A DNA stretch of 63,478 nt from a virus (IMGVR_UViG_3300009596_000001:1-63478); one strand, 5' to 3'; positions 25,431 to 36,055 are shown, numbered from the stretch's first letter. A program made the numbers and translations. The notes: a model not told the origin generated them from the sequence alone.

Positions 25431-26811
25431 TGGAAGTGTGCGTGTTCAGTTCAACCTGACGCCGAAACAGCGGGAGTTTTTGAATTTACCGCATAGGTAT
25501 AGGTTATTTTTGGGTGGTGTGGGGAGTGGGAAGACGACTGCTGGATGTTTGGAAGTCATAAGGGTTTGTTTGTTTTACCCAGGTTCGCAAGTTCTTGTTA
25601 TGCGTAAGACTGCGAGGGAGTTGGAGAAGACGACTTTGCAGGTGTTGGAAGAGTTGTTGTTGCAGTTGAATGAAGAAGTTGGCGGCAAGAAGGTGAAATT
25701 TTACTTGGACAAAAGCACTGACGGGCAATATTTTCTTGTCAAAAGTTTGTATAGGGATGGAGAGATAGGGCATTCGTTTATTTACTGGACAGGTGCAGAT
25801 AAAGTGGACAAGATACAGGGGATGAACTTGAGCGGGTTTTTTGTGGATGAGGCGAGGGAAATTGAGCAAGAGTTTTTTGATGTGTTGAGGTCAAGGTTGC
25901 GAAACCCAAGAGGACCGAGAAGGGGATGGTTGGCTTCGTTGCCGCCACCTTCAGGTCATTGGCTTGACAGGTTATTCTTGCAGGGTGAGGGCGGTGAGGA
26001 GTATGGTTACATCCATGCGACGACTTTTGACAACCCCAACTTGCCGCAGGATTTTATAGAGGACATAATGCGGTATGACGAAAGGATATATCGGGAGTTG
26101 GTGTTAGGGGAGCAAATTCCAAGTGCTGTAGGTGGACCGATAATAACGAACTTTTCTAAGAAACATCATGTTTTGGCTGGAGATAGGTTGAAGGAGAAGT
26201 TGGATGAGTTGGGTAGGTTGTATGGTGAAAGGTTGCATGTGTATCGGGGCATAGATTTTGGGTATCATCACCCCGCTTGTGTTTGGGGGACATTTGACAG
26301 CAAGGGTAGGTTTATTGTGTTGCGGGAGTATATCGGGGAGAAGATGACTTTGAACGAGTTTTTGGGGAAGATAACTGCAATTGACGCCCAAGAAGGTTGG
26401 CGTGTCCTTGCCGATTTTCACGACCCACACTCTACCTACACGACCGACTTATTTACTGTGGACAGGGTTGAAATTATGAAGGAAAAAGGCTTGCATCCTG
26501 TCCCTGCAAGTTGTAGGTTTGAGGATGGGATACATATGTTGCAAAAGTTGTTTGGGACTTTGATATTTGGCGAACCTATGTTGCAGTTGTCTGAACGATG
26601 TAGGTTACTGATTTTAGGGTTTGAAGGCGAATATTGTTGGGATAGGACAGGGACGAAAGTTAGAGACAGTATTGTCGTTCACCTTGTAGATGCGTTAAGA
26701 TATATGGTAATGGGTTTGTGGGGACGGTTGAGTTCCAATATGTCCGTTACTGTCCCTAAGAAAGAGAAGAGGTGGTCGGGTTTTTCTTACAACGAAGACT
26801 TTGCGAGGTGA
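25390..26811 (+). CDS. terL: Terminase large subunit
   Basis: GGVGSGKT Walker A, FVDEA Walker B, TTFDNP.L, GIDFG nuclease motif, HLVDALRY. Confidence 0.95.
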   Translation: MKKVKAIEKVLMPDGSVRVQFNLTPKQREFLNLPHRYRLFLGGVGSGKTTAGCLEVIRVCLFYPGSQVLVMRKTARELEKTTLQVLEELLLQLNEEVGGKKVKFYLDKSTDGQYFLVKSLYRDGEIGHSFIYWTGADKVDKIQGMNLSGFFVDEAREIEQEFFDVLRSRLRNPRGPRRGWLASLPPPSGHWLDRLFLQGEGGEEYGYIHATTFDNPNLPQDFIEDIMRYDERIYRELVLGEQIPSAVGGPIITNFSKKHHVLAGDRLKEKLDELGRLYGERLHVYRGIDFGYHHPACVWGTFDSKGRFIVLREYIGEKMTLNEFLGKITAIDAQEGWRVLADFHDPHSTYTTDLFTVDRVEIMKEKGLHPVPASCRFEDGIHMLQKLFGTLIFGEPMLQLSERCRLLILGFEGEYCWDRTGTKVRDSIVVHLVDALRYMVMGLWGRLSSNMSVTVPKKEKRWSGFSYNEDFAR

Positions 26812-26817
26812 ACTTAG

Positions 26818-28848
26818 ATGGAGCAGTTATCGCAAGTTGCTGCGTTTTTGGAGCAATTGAAGAAAGAAGAGCCGAGGGTTGGCGGCGAAGTTGTGCCTCG
26901 TCCACCTTCGCCGTTTGATTACTCCCTTCTTGCTCAGATGCGCAAACAGTCTGCGGGTGAGTATGAAAAGCAATTTTGGAGCATCCTTGTAAGTGCGTTC
27001 AATGCAAGAAAGAGTGCGGTGGAAAGGTGGGACAGGGCAAGGAAAGCCTGGGCAAATGAATATGACTTTTCCTACAAAAGCCCCAACCAAGCGAAAGCCT
27101 ACATTCCCCGTCTTATGCGCAACATAGAGATAATTTCGCAGTATTTGCGCCGTGCTTTCGCCGAAAATCAGCAATCCTTCAAAGTTGAGGCTATTTCGCC
27201 GACTTTGGAGAACTTGAAGTGGGCTTCGGCTTTGGAGAAGATGTGCTTTTACATCTTGGATACGAATGATTTGATGGAGAAGTGGCAGAAATTGGTGAAG
27301 ATGGGGTTGTTGTATGGGTTGATGATTGCAAAGGTTAGCGTTAAGCCGCAAAAGGTAACACATGTTGTAGAGCAAGAGGGTAAGTGGAAGACGGTTGAAA
27401 GGAACGCTTACAAACTGACAATTGACATTGTCTCGCCTTACGACATCTTCTTAGACCCTTCAGGTCGCAACAAATTCATCATCCACAAAGTCACCGTTGA
27501 CGAGGCTTACCTTTATGACTTGGCAGATATGAAGGTGATAGACAGTTCAGCGATTGAAGAATTGAAAGAAAGGGGCAAGAAAGTGAAGGAAAAACTGTTC
27601 AGCGGAACGGTTTCGCACCCGCCGTTTAGAAAGGTTGTCCATTTGTTTGAGTATTGGGGTGATTGGTGGGATGAAGATGGGAAGTTGATGCATAGGAATA
27701 TTTGGGCGATATTCGGGTCGGTGTCGGATATTTTTGACGAAGCAGGGAATTTAGTATCTATGGAAGAAGCACCTGTTGTGTTGATGAAGGGTCCGTTGCC
27801 CAACCCTTACTGGCACCAAAAACCGCCTTTTATCGTTGCTCCGCTAATCTACACCCCTTACGAAGAAGTGTATCCGCTTTCTATGACCGACCCTCTCGTT
27901 GACATGCAGCGGGAATACACGAGGTTGTTCAATGCGATGTTGGATGGTGCGATATTTGATGCTGTGTCTGTGTTTGAGGTTAACGAAGCGTTTGTGGAAA
28001 ATGCAGAGGACATAGACACTTTGTGGGCGGGGAAGATACTGCGGAAGAAGTTAACCGAAGGACAAGTCATAACGCCCGTGCATTTGGGCAAGATGCCTAC
28101 TGCTGCTGCGTTTCTTGTGCAGTTGATGGAGCGATACTTGCTTGAAGGGTTTGGTGTAACGGAAACTGTGATGGGTTACTTAAGCACAAGGGGGCGACCG
28201 ACGGCAACTGAAGTTGTTTCGGCAAGGGCTCACGCTTTCGCTGCAATTGAAGAACTTGCAAGGGCTGCTGAAGCGGCGTTCTGGGAGCCGCTGTTGAATA
28301 CTGTTTTACAAGTAGCCTTGCAGGTTTTGCCCGATATTGCCGACGAACAACTTCTTAAAGCGCTTGGAGAGGACAAGGAAGTGTTGATGACAATTATGAA
28401 CTTGCCTGCAGAAGAAAGGGAAGCCATTGCGAGAGGCGGATATAGGTTCAAAGCAAGGGCATTAAGCCAAGCAATCGCAAAGGTTCAAGAAATTGCGAAG
28501 ATGGTGGAGTTCTTGCAGTTGGTTGCGGAAATTCCGCAGTTATCCATGCTGTTGAACTGGAACGGGATTTTGCGGAAAATGCTTGAAGGTTACGGTTGGG
28601 CGCCCGATGAGGTCACAATTGAATTGACGCCCGAGTTGGAGCAACTGATGAAGCAGGCTCAAATTGTGATGTTGGTTAGGACGATACAACAGTCGTTGAT
28701 GGGTCAACCCGTTGCTGAAGAAGAAGGCAAAACCTCAGGAACAAAATTGTCTCCAGAGGAAGTAGGTGAACCTACAGGTGCAGTTGTCGCTCCCGAGTTG
28801 GCTGAGGCTTTGCCGCCGCATCCTGCATCTGTTGAGGGAGGTGAGTAG
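26818..28848 (+). CDS. Portal protein
   Basis: 676 aa directly after TerL; SPYDIFLDP, FEYWG, GVTETVMG...TATEV typical of P22/N4-like portals. Confidence 0.9.
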   Translation: MEQLSQVAAFLEQLKKEEPRVGGEVVPRPPSPFDYSLLAQMRKQSAGEYEKQFWSILVSAFNARKSAVERWDRARKAWANEYDFSYKSPNQAKAYIPRLMRNIEIISQYLRRAFAENQQSFKVEAISPTLENLKWASALEKMCFYILDTNDLMEKWQKLVKMGLLYGLMIAKVSVKPQKVTHVVEQEGKWKTVERNAYKLTIDIVSPYDIFLDPSGRNKFIIHKVTVDEAYLYDLADMKVIDSSAIEELKERGKKVKEKLFSGTVSHPPFRKVVHLFEYWGDWWDEDGKLMHRNIWAIFGSVSDIFDEAGNLVSMEEAPVVLMKGPLPNPYWHQKPPFIVAPLIYTPYEEVYPLSMTDPLVDMQREYTRLFNAMLDGAIFDAVSVFEVNEAFVENAEDIDTLWAGKILRKKLTEGQVITPVHLGKMPTAAAFLVQLMERYLLEGFGVTETVMGYLSTRGRPTATEVVSARAHAFAAIEELARAAEAAFWEPLLNTVLQVALQVLPDIADEQLLKALGEDKEVLMTIMNLPAEEREAIARGGYRFKARALSQAIAKVQEIAKMVEFLQLVAEIPQLSMLLNWNGILRKMLEGYGWAPDEVTIELTPELEQLMKQAQIVMLVRTIQQSLMGQPVAEEEGKTSGTKLSPEEVGEPTGAVVAPELAEALPPHPASVEGGE

Positions 28849-28850
28849 TT

Positions 28851-29429
28851 GTGACAAGTAACGATGCTTTGTTGGCTAACCTGCGGCGACTTTTCAAAAT
28901 GCTTTGTTTCCTTGTGACGGGAAAATACGAATTAAAGTTGGGCAACAAGCGGATAATCCTTCGGATTAAAGAAAGCGACCTAAGATATTTTGCTGAATGC
29001 GAAAGAAACAAGAAAGAGATTGTAGTGTCCTTTACGCCGCTTGCGTTTACAAACGATTACATACTCAAGCGAACCGTTTGCCACGAATTTATCCACTGCC
29101 TTTTTAACTGTTACAGTTGGACTGATGCTGTAGAGCATTTAAAGAAGTTGGTGATTTGTGCTATTGACATGTTATCGGGCAACGACCCTTACACGAAAGA
29201 AGTAGGCGGGGAAGAATACAAGTGTTCGGAAGAGCAATATTGCTTTTTCTTGGAAACCGTGTTATCCTTGTTGTTGTATGTAGCCCCTGAGTGGGATGTA
29301 ATTCGTGAAGACGAGCATAAAATCTATGCCGAACGTGTTGGAGGTGTTTCACATGTCACAAAAATTGCCGCCCTTCAAAGCAAAGACAAGCACACAGCCC
29401 AAAAAGCGAAAGGTAAACCCGCCAATTGA
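28851..29429 (+). CDS. Zincin-like HExxH protein
   Basis: TVCHEFIHC plus downstream SEEQ. Confidence 0.6.
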   Translation: MTSNDALLANLRRLFKMLCFLVTGKYELKLGNKRIILRIKESDLRYFAECERNKKEIVVSFTPLAFTNDYILKRTVCHEFIHCLFNCYSWTDAVEHLKKLVICAIDMLSGNDPYTKEVGGEEYKCSEEQYCFFLETVLSLLLYVAPEWDVIREDEHKIYAERVGGVSHVTKIAALQSKDKHTAQKAKGKPAN

Positions 29430-29559
29430 GTTTGAGTGGGGACCGGGCTATTCTCCCGACCGCAAGATTATCCCAAACGACACCGAAAGGGCTGTGCGAC
29501 CCCTTCCCGTTAGGGAAGAGCCGTGTCCTGTAGAGAAGAAAGACGGCAAACTGAGGTGA
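29353..29559 (+). CDS. Small basic hypothetical protein
   Basis: GGAGGTG RBS before MSQKLPP. Confidence 0.55.
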   Translation: MSQKLPPFKAKTSTQPKKRKVNPPIEFEWGPGYSPDRKIIPNDTERAVRPLPVREEPCPVEKKDGKLR

Positions 29560-29566
29560 CATTAAG

Positions 29567-30601
29567 ATGAAACGTGCCAGTGTCCTTTTTGTGAGCGGTG
29601 CTCCGAAAGGGGCAACAAAAGGGCAGCAGCGTTACGAATGTTTCTGGAGGGCGCTTCAAAACTTCAGCCCTACAATTGGCGATGTCTATTTCGCTTGTCC
29701 TTTTTCCTTTCCTGCAGACACAATGCCCGATTACGCCGATGTCATCGTCTTGGGTTTTCCTGTAGCGACCGACTTCAAACTCCCGCCACATCAACTCCTT
29801 ATTTACGACATTTGTGATATTTGGTGGGTAGAGGGCTGGCATGTTAATTTGGCGGAGCAACACAAATTTTGGCTTGACAAATGCGATATTGTCACCGTCG
29901 TTTCCGACTACCTTGCTTACGAAATCGTCAAACAAACAAGCAAACCCCTTTACATCATCCCTAATGCCACATCCTTCTTCAACCCTGAAACCTTTAAAAT
30001 TCGCCCTTTGCCTTCCGACGACTTCAAAGTAGGTTACTTTTTTGTCGGCTCACATTACAACGGTCAGAATTGGTGGGCTTTGACTGAACTTGCTGCTGTT
30101 GCTCACATGAAACCTGACAATCCTTTCTACTTTTTCCTTGCGACCGATAGAATAAACCCGCTTGGCGTTATGCCTTTCCACTTACCCCCTAATGTTAAAG
30201 TTTTGGCTACAAACGAGGGGATTGATTGGAAGGATGTGTTGCAAGTGTTGGATAGTGAGCCCAATGTTTTTTGGATTGGGCTTATTCCCTACAAACCGCA
30301 CCCTATCGGTTACGCTGCTTCTCCGATTAAAGCCTACGATTACTTGGCTTTTGGTTTTCCTGTCATTGCTTGGAACAACTCAGAAGTGACAAAGATTTCG
30401 CCTTACTTAACCGAAGTCATTTGGGGTGAAGTTTTGGAGCGGCTTCCCGAATTTCACACCGCAACGATGTCTTTAATTGCCGCCGTTTGTTACGCTGCTT
30501 TAGAACAACACAAACCGAACATCCCAACTTGGGGAGACAGGGCAATTGGGGATTTATGGGGCAAAGTTATAGTTCCCAACTTGCGGAGGCGACAGTTGTG
30601 A
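29567..30601 (+). CDS. Glycosyltransferase (GT-B / GT4-like)
   Basis: YDICDIW, DIVTVVSDYL, IIPNA, SPIKAYDYLAFGFPVI. Confidence 0.8.
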   Translation: MKRASVLFVSGAPKGATKGQQRYECFWRALQNFSPTIGDVYFACPFSFPADTMPDYADVIVLGFPVATDFKLPPHQLLIYDICDIWWVEGWHVNLAEQHKFWLDKCDIVTVVSDYLAYEIVKQTSKPLYIIPNATSFFNPETFKIRPLPSDDFKVGYFFVGSHYNGQNWWALTELAAVAHMKPDNPFYFFLATDRINPLGVMPFHLPPNVKVLATNEGIDWKDVLQVLDSEPNVFWIGLIPYKPHPIGYAASPIKAYDYLAFGFPVIAWNNSEVTKISPYLTEVIWGEVLERLPEFHTATMSLIAAVCYAALEQHKPNIPTWGDRAIGDLWGKVIVPNLRRRQL

Positions 30602-31599
30602 AGTGGTTCATCGGTGTGTCTGGAACTTCAGATGATTTCACAAAGTATCCAGAATTTGAAGAAGCCGATGTCGTTTACCTTTACTTCCTTCAGGCTATTG
30701 AACACTTACAAAGCCTGAAGAAGTTTTCCCACACAGGCAAAACGCTTGTCATCTTTACCGAAAATGTGTTGGGAGAGCCAAAGATTTACGAGAGTATCTT
30801 TAGGTTGTTTGCCGAACTTAAAGAGTGGTGGAAAGGCGATGTTATCTGTCAAGGACCGTCTGATGAGGTTCAGCGATATGTAGTGGAAAAGGCGATGAAG
30901 AATGGAAACAGATACATTGCGGTTTGGGTTTCCTTGCCTCAGTCACAAATTCATTACAAACAAGGGATTACGGGTCGTTGGGGCGATTTTTACATCCTTT
31001 GGGCTTACAATGAATACAAAGGGTTAAATGAGGCTAAATTTGTGTCGGATTTTGTCCCAATTAAAATTATGGACTACTCAAATTGCAACCCAGCGACTTG
31101 GTGTGAGCAGTTGCTTGAAGCCAGAGGGGTTATGTGGGCTGCAAGGGCTGAAAGCATCGGAAAGACAATTGTTTCTGCTGGAGCGGCAGGTAAGCCGCTT
31201 ATCATGTATCGCAGCACTAATTGGGATTATGTCCCGCAGGCGTTCAATAACTACGAAATTTTTGGAAAATCAAACTTGTTTTACAAATGTGCGTTGGTGT
31301 GCTATAGTTTAGAAGAGTGGACGGCGGCTGCGCAAAGGTTGTTGAAAGATGATGAAGAGGCGCAATTGCGTGGTGAAAACCTAAAGCGGTTCTTTAAGAT
31401 TTACGAGGAATTTTGGGTGTGGGATATACTTTACGAGCGTTTTAAAGACGAAGTAGGGTTGGTTTTACCTAAAGACATGACGCCGTGCCATCACCTTCTG
31501 CCGACATTTTTTACAGCGGACATGTTTGATGACGAAAAAAACTTTCCGAGGGGCGAATGGAGCAACAATCCGTTATCCTTGAATTGGAGGTGTAGATAG
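30598..31599 (+). CDS. Second GT-B-like glycosyltransferase (putative)
   Basis: EYKGL and AESIGKTIVSAGAAGKPLI donor-binding-like motif; GTG start overlapping the previous stop. Confidence 0.6.
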   Translation: MKWFIGVSGTSDDFTKYPEFEEADVVYLYFLQAIEHLQSLKKFSHTGKTLVIFTENVLGEPKIYESIFRLFAELKEWWKGDVICQGPSDEVQRYVVEKAMKNGNRYIAVWVSLPQSQIHYKQGITGRWGDFYILWAYNEYKGLNEAKFVSDFVPIKIMDYSNCNPATWCEQLLEARGVMWAARAESIGKTIVSAGAAGKPLIMYRSTNWDYVPQAFNNYEIFGKSNLFYKCALVCYSLEEWTAAAQRLLKDDEEAQLRGENLKRFFKIYEEFWVWDILYERFKDEVGLVLPKDMTPCHHLLPTFFTADMFDDEKNFPRGEWSNNPLSLNWRCR

Positions 31600-31600
31600 A

Positions 31601-32728
31601 ATGGCAGTAGCAATTGAAGTTTTTGACGGTTTTGATTTGCCACTTTACAAACCCGGTCAGGGTAAGGCTTCTTTGGTGTCGGTTACTCCTAAGTGGACAA
31701 ATTACCGTTCCTTTAGTGCGGAAAACACAACTTCTTTCTGGGACAACTTGTGGACAAGCGGGCGATTGTCTGGCGGCAAAGCAATCCGAGCACCTTTTTC
31801 CTTGTATCGCAATTTAAGTCTTAGCGGGGTAACTGGGATAATTGTTGGGCTTGCTTTTAGGTGGGATAACACCCCAACAGTCAAAGAAGCCTTTGTTGTG
31901 AGTGCGTGGTCAACCGATTTTACAACCCATTATTGGGGTGTGATGGTAAATGCAAGCGGACAATTACAACTTGTTCACGGCGGCACTTGGAACAAGGACA
32001 GCGCAAGTTGGGGCTTAAGCGGTCACACAGTTGTTGCGACATCTCCTACTCCATTGACTGCTGGGCAGTGGTATTACATTGAAGTTCAGGCACCGCTTGG
32101 CACAAACCAAACCGTTAAGGTTTATCTTAACGAAACCCTTCTAATTCAGGGGACAATCCCCAATGTAGCATCTTCTTTTGCTTTGTGGGTTGGTTCTAAC
32201 TACTCTTACAAGGATAGCGGTGGAAACTACATTGCTGCATCCGCAATAGATGATTTCTACTGTGCCACTTACAATTCTGCTTCTGATGTTCCGCTTGGCA
32301 ATGTTTATGTTTGGACGGGGCAACCTCAAACCGCTCAAATTACCGAGTGGAATGCGACATCTAACGGTCATGTCAACTCCGTCAATGAAGGCTACATTAC
32401 CAACCTTTCTTACGACCAACAATATGTTTACACATCCCAGCGGGAAAAGTTTGAATTGTGGGGCGTTTCGTTCCCCACTGCTGACATTAACTCAGTTCTT
32501 GCACTTCAGGTTGTGGATTACGGCAAACTTGAGGGCAACTTCTCTATTGACAAGGTTAGGTTAGTCATCAGGCAAGGTTCAACTGATATGGTTGGCGTTA
32601 GTGCCAGCAATGTTGCTGCCAACAAAGAATTCTGGCAGCGCTTGCTTACGACCATCAAACCCGACGGTTCGCCTCTTACTCCTTCAGATTTGAACAACTT
32701 GTATTACGGCGTGAAAACTGTCACATAA
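31601..32728 (+). CDS. LamG/ConA-like virion fibre or receptor-binding protein
   Basis: Beta-rich, Ser/Thr/Gly-rich; GQWYYIEV, VYLN, IDDFY jelly-roll motifs. Confidence 0.7.
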   Translation: MAVAIEVFDGFDLPLYKPGQGKASLVSVTPKWTNYRSFSAENTTSFWDNLWTSGRLSGGKAIRAPFSLYRNLSLSGVTGIIVGLAFRWDNTPTVKEAFVVSAWSTDFTTHYWGVMVNASGQLQLVHGGTWNKDSASWGLSGHTVVATSPTPLTAGQWYYIEVQAPLGTNQTVKVYLNETLLIQGTIPNVASSFALWVGSNYSYKDSGGNYIAASAIDDFYCATYNSASDVPLGNVYVWTGQPQTAQITEWNATSNGHVNSVNEGYITNLSYDQQYVYTSQREKFELWGVSFPTADINSVLALQVVDYGKLEGNFSIDKVRLVIRQGSTDMVGVSASNVAANKEFWQRLLTTIKPDGSPLTPSDLNNLYYGVKTVT

Positions 32729-32746
32729 GGTAGGGGGTGGACGAAA

Positions 32747-33835
32747 ATGCCTTCCTATTCTCTGTGGGTTGTTAACGGGTTTGATTACGACGAAAACCCA
32801 TTTCATTACAACGAGAGATTGCAGCCGTTACCTTACACAAATACATCTCCCGATGGAGAAAGGTTTGGTTTCTTAGGGGGTAAAGCGTGGGTTTTAAACA
32901 AACCCTTTCGGATGTTTACCCCTAAAGACGATTACGGCAACGCTTACAAAAAATATTTGAACATTCTCTCTTTTTTTATTGACGGGTTGGTTGCTTCTTA
33001 CCGAGTATTGGGTGTGGACTTTTATCCCATCTTTACGCTGAATATTGTGTGGTCATCGGGCGAAACCGAACAAATTCAATTGGGTTGGATGCAGTATTAC
33101 GCTCATTCTTACCCTTACAATCTTGCTGTAATAAAACCGACACAGCCAAGAGAAGTTTTATGGGTGCCGCCGATGAGCGATTACCTTCAGAAATGGGTTC
33201 AAGTCATTGTGGGTTACATTCCAGAGGCTTTTTCGGGGTTTGAAGTTGAAATTGCTCTTTTAATATCTGGCTATGAGTGGGTTGGCAGTAAGAAATTTAT
33301 CTTTTCTCCCAAAGGCAGTGTTGCAGATGTTTATTTTGATTTCGGTGCTGATATTCAGGTTAGTGAATACATCCGTTCTGCTGCACCACGGTTGCCTTAT
33401 ACTTGGGTTTCTGGTTGGAGTATTGACCACTTCATTTGTGTGACCGATATTTCAAGCGAGCGCAATACAATCCCTCAGGCTTTTGGTTCGGATTTTTACG
33501 GCAGGATTGTGCTTGAAAGTTACCCATCGTCGTATGTTTATTCGGATGATTATTATTGGTCTGATGAGTTGCGTGGAGAATTAAAAGACAGAAACGAGTA
33601 TAATTACAACAGAACAGCAGTCCAACGAGGTAGTGCGGGAAGGGATGGTGGGGGATTTGTTTGTAGTGTTGCTCATCGTGATAGTTTGTATGGATACATC
33701 GGGAAAGCATTTCTGCGTGTCAGGCAATATCCTAAAGTAGTGCTGGAGTTTGGATACACACCACCTCTACCGACCAATTACCAAACCGAGAAGATTTACC
33801 CGTTAACATCGGAGCGATTTCCGATAAGGGGGTAA
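32747..33835 (+). CDS. Putative virion protein
   Basis: Aromatic/beta-rich; N-terminus (VVNGFDY) resembles the preceding gene (VFDGFDL). Confidence 0.6.
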   Translation: MPSYSLWVVNGFDYDENPFHYNERLQPLPYTNTSPDGERFGFLGGKAWVLNKPFRMFTPKDDYGNAYKKYLNILSFFIDGLVASYRVLGVDFYPIFTLNIVWSSGETEQIQLGWMQYYAHSYPYNLAVIKPTQPREVLWVPPMSDYLQKWVQVIVGYIPEAFSGFEVEIALLISGYEWVGSKKFIFSPKGSVADVYFDFGADIQVSEYIRSAAPRLPYTWVSGWSIDHFICVTDISSERNTIPQAFGSDFYGRIVLESYPSSYVYSDDYYWSDELRGELKDRNEYNYNRTAVQRGSAGRDGGGFVCSVAHRDSLYGYIGKAFLRVRQYPKVVLEFGYTPPLPTNYQTEKIYPLTSERFPIRG

Positions 33836-33841
33836 TGTGTA

Positions 33842-34876
33842 TTGCGTGGCAATCAATTTTCCAAAATTTGGCGTGGCATACACATTCCAGAGGAAAGGGA
33901 GAGTTTCTTTTCACCTGACAAGGTTAATGTTTCCACTTTAGTTGTTGAGGTTTTGGGGAAGCACAGCGAATATTTTCCGGGGCAACCGGGACACCAAGCA
34001 GATGTATCTTCTTTTTCAGTAGAAGTGTTGGGATATTATTCGCAGAGGTTGCCTACAAGTCAGGTGTTGGTTTCAGGTTTCTTGACGGAAGTGATGGGAA
34101 AGATAAAAAGGCAGGCGGAAGATTGGGTTGCTGTTCACTCTTTTTTGACAGAAGTTTTGGGCAAGAAATCTATTTACACTGTGCCGCTTGAAGCCGTAAA
34201 AGTTTCCAATTATCAGATAGAGGTTTTAGGTAAGTTTTCGCCCGATGCGCCTGCACCATCACCGGGCAATTATGCAGGCGCAAGGATTTCAAGGATAGCA
34301 ACACAACGAGTGCCGCTTGGTAGAGCCGAAGTTTACCCACCAAAAAATCAGAGGGCATTTGTTTTGGAGTGGGTCGGAAACCACAAGTTCGCATCAACAT
34401 TCGGGGATGTATACTACCTTGTTTTTCGGGTTACTGAATATCACTACTACGGAGAAATCTACTATTCAAATGAGTGGCTTGTTCCTTTCTGGAATTTTTA
34501 TGGGTCATCGGAGGTAGGCAGACAGCCTGAATGGGAAGCATATTTAGAGCCGATAGATGTTATTGTAACCACAGTTAAATTTAGGCGAAGAATAGTCCAA
34601 TCTTCAACAGGCACTAATGCAGAAGAAACTGTGATTTTTGAGGGAATTGTCCACTTGTTAGACCCTTCGGTAAAAACCCGCAGGGAAAGAAGTGGCATGT
34701 GGGCTTATCAGATGGTTGGTTATTATGACAAACTTTTCTACTACGGATTACCCGGCAATCCTAATTATGGAAGTCGGCGTGATATCCGCTTTCCTCTAAC
34801 TACCCGAAAGGTTTTATTCATCGTTCCGAAGATAGATGAATTCATTGGAGAAATTACCTTTACGATAGCGAGGTGA
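33842..34876 (+). CDS. Putative virion fibre protein with internal repeats
   Basis: Five VSxxxxEV(L/M)G repeats in the N-terminal half. Confidence 0.6.
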   Translation: MRGNQFSKIWRGIHIPEERESFFSPDKVNVSTLVVEVLGKHSEYFPGQPGHQADVSSFSVEVLGYYSQRLPTSQVLVSGFLTEVMGKIKRQAEDWVAVHSFLTEVLGKKSIYTVPLEAVKVSNYQIEVLGKFSPDAPAPSPGNYAGARISRIATQRVPLGRAEVYPPKNQRAFVLEWVGNHKFASTFGDVYYLVFRVTEYHYYGEIYYSNEWLVPFWNFYGSSEVGRQPEWEAYLEPIDVIVTTVKFRRRIVQSSTGTNAEETVIFEGIVHLLDPSVKTRRERSGMWAYQMVGYYDKLFYYGLPGNPNYGSRRDIRFPLTTRKVLFIVPKIDEFIGEITFTIAR

Positions 34877-35241
34877 TGTTTGTGTTCTTTTACGGCAGCA
34901 ATCCGCCAGAGATGTATTTCGTGTTGGGTAGAGATAACACCTATGCAATTCAAATCATGCGTGAAGATGGCGGACCGGTGAACATAAACGAAATCAGTTC
35001 CGTATCGGCTAAGATTGTCAAAATCGGTGATGCCAGCGCTTCCTATAACGGCATCGTTACTTTGTCCGTTAACGATTTAGGTGCCGTTGTAGCGCATGTT
35101 TTATTTCCCAAAGAAGCATCCTATCCTTTACTTTCGGGCGGGAATGTGTTATATTTACAGTGGGAAGTAACCTTGGTGGATGGCATTAAGTATGTCATTC
35201 CTGTGCCGCCGCAACAATTAGTTGTAGTCACTCCCGTGTAG
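34873..35241 (+). CDS. Putative virion adaptor (BppU-N-like beta sandwich)
   Basis: G.PVNI...SAKI...YLQWEVTL.DG..Y.IP pattern. Confidence 0.5.
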   Translation: MMFVFFYGSNPPEMYFVLGRDNTYAIQIMREDGGPVNINEISSVSAKIVKIGDASASYNGIVTLSVNDLGAVVAHVLFPKEASYPLLSGGNVLYLQWEVTLVDGIKYVIPVPPQQLVVVTPV

Positions 35242-35243
35242 AG

Positions 35244-35450
35244 GTGACTTGTATGGAGAAATGGAGGTTACTTACACTTATATTTGCCATTACGGTAATT
35301 GCAGCATTGGAGTTTGCTGCCATCCTTCATGGGATAGACGGTAAAACTTTGGGGTTATCCCTTGCTATTATCGCCTTGCTTGCTCCATCGCCAATTTATC
35401 AAATCAAATGGGGTAATCTTACTGTCATCAAACGGGGTGAAGATAAGTAA
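35244..35450 (+). CDS. Small two-TM membrane protein (holin candidate)
   Basis: Two hydrophobic segments separated by HGIDG. Confidence 0.5.
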   Translation: MTCMEKWRLLTLIFAITVIAALEFAAILHGIDGKTLGLSLAIIALLAPSPIYQIKWGNLTVIKRGEDK

Positions 35451-36034
35451 TGCCTTTTTATCGCACTGACCCGGTAGAGATTTCCATTTTTCCTAAGGAC
35501 AGGGCTGTTAGAGACAAGATAACTGGAATGGTGACTACTTTAGGGTTTGTGCCTTTAAGGGGTCGTGGCATTCCAGTTTCAGTCGGCATGTCTGAAAGAT
35601 ATATTCCAACACAATATGATATTCCCGATGTAGATATGTTTGTAAACGAAACTTTGGGAGAACTTCGTGAATATGCTGCACCGCAATACCTGTTTCAAGT
35701 CTTGCCATTTTCCCGTTTGCGTGTTAAGATGGTGTTTTTGGCGCCGGGGACAGTCTATAATGTGCCGTTGGATGTTAGCGTTATCGTTGCTCAGACAACC
35801 AATACCGACAATGTGATTGTAAATTTGGGTTCACCAAGGGTTATGCCGGGTAGGTGCATAATCGTTAGAAAACATTCTACTGTTTCGGGGGCTTTACCTG
35901 TTGTAGTTAAAGCAACAAAAGATAGGACACAATATTTGTTTGATGGTGGACAATCAACCCAGATTTTGGTTGATAAGTGGGCGATGTTTGTAAATAGCGA
36001 TGAACAGGGTTGGTGGTCATTTGTCGTGACATAA
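35450..36034 (+). CDS. Putative structural protein
   Basis: Coupled ORF in the late operon; beta-rich C-terminus. Confidence 0.6.
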   Translation: MPFYRTDPVEISIFPKDRAVRDKITGMVTTLGFVPLRGRGIPVSVGMSERYIPTQYDIPDVDMFVNETLGELREYAAPQYLFQVLPFSRLRVKMVFLAPGTVYNVPLDVSVIVAQTTNTDNVIVNLGSPRVMPGRCIIVRKHSTVSGALPVVVKATKDRTQYLFDGGQSTQILVDKWAMFVNSDEQGWWSFVVT

Positions 36035-36055
36035 TTCTAAGAGAGGTGGCTTGTT

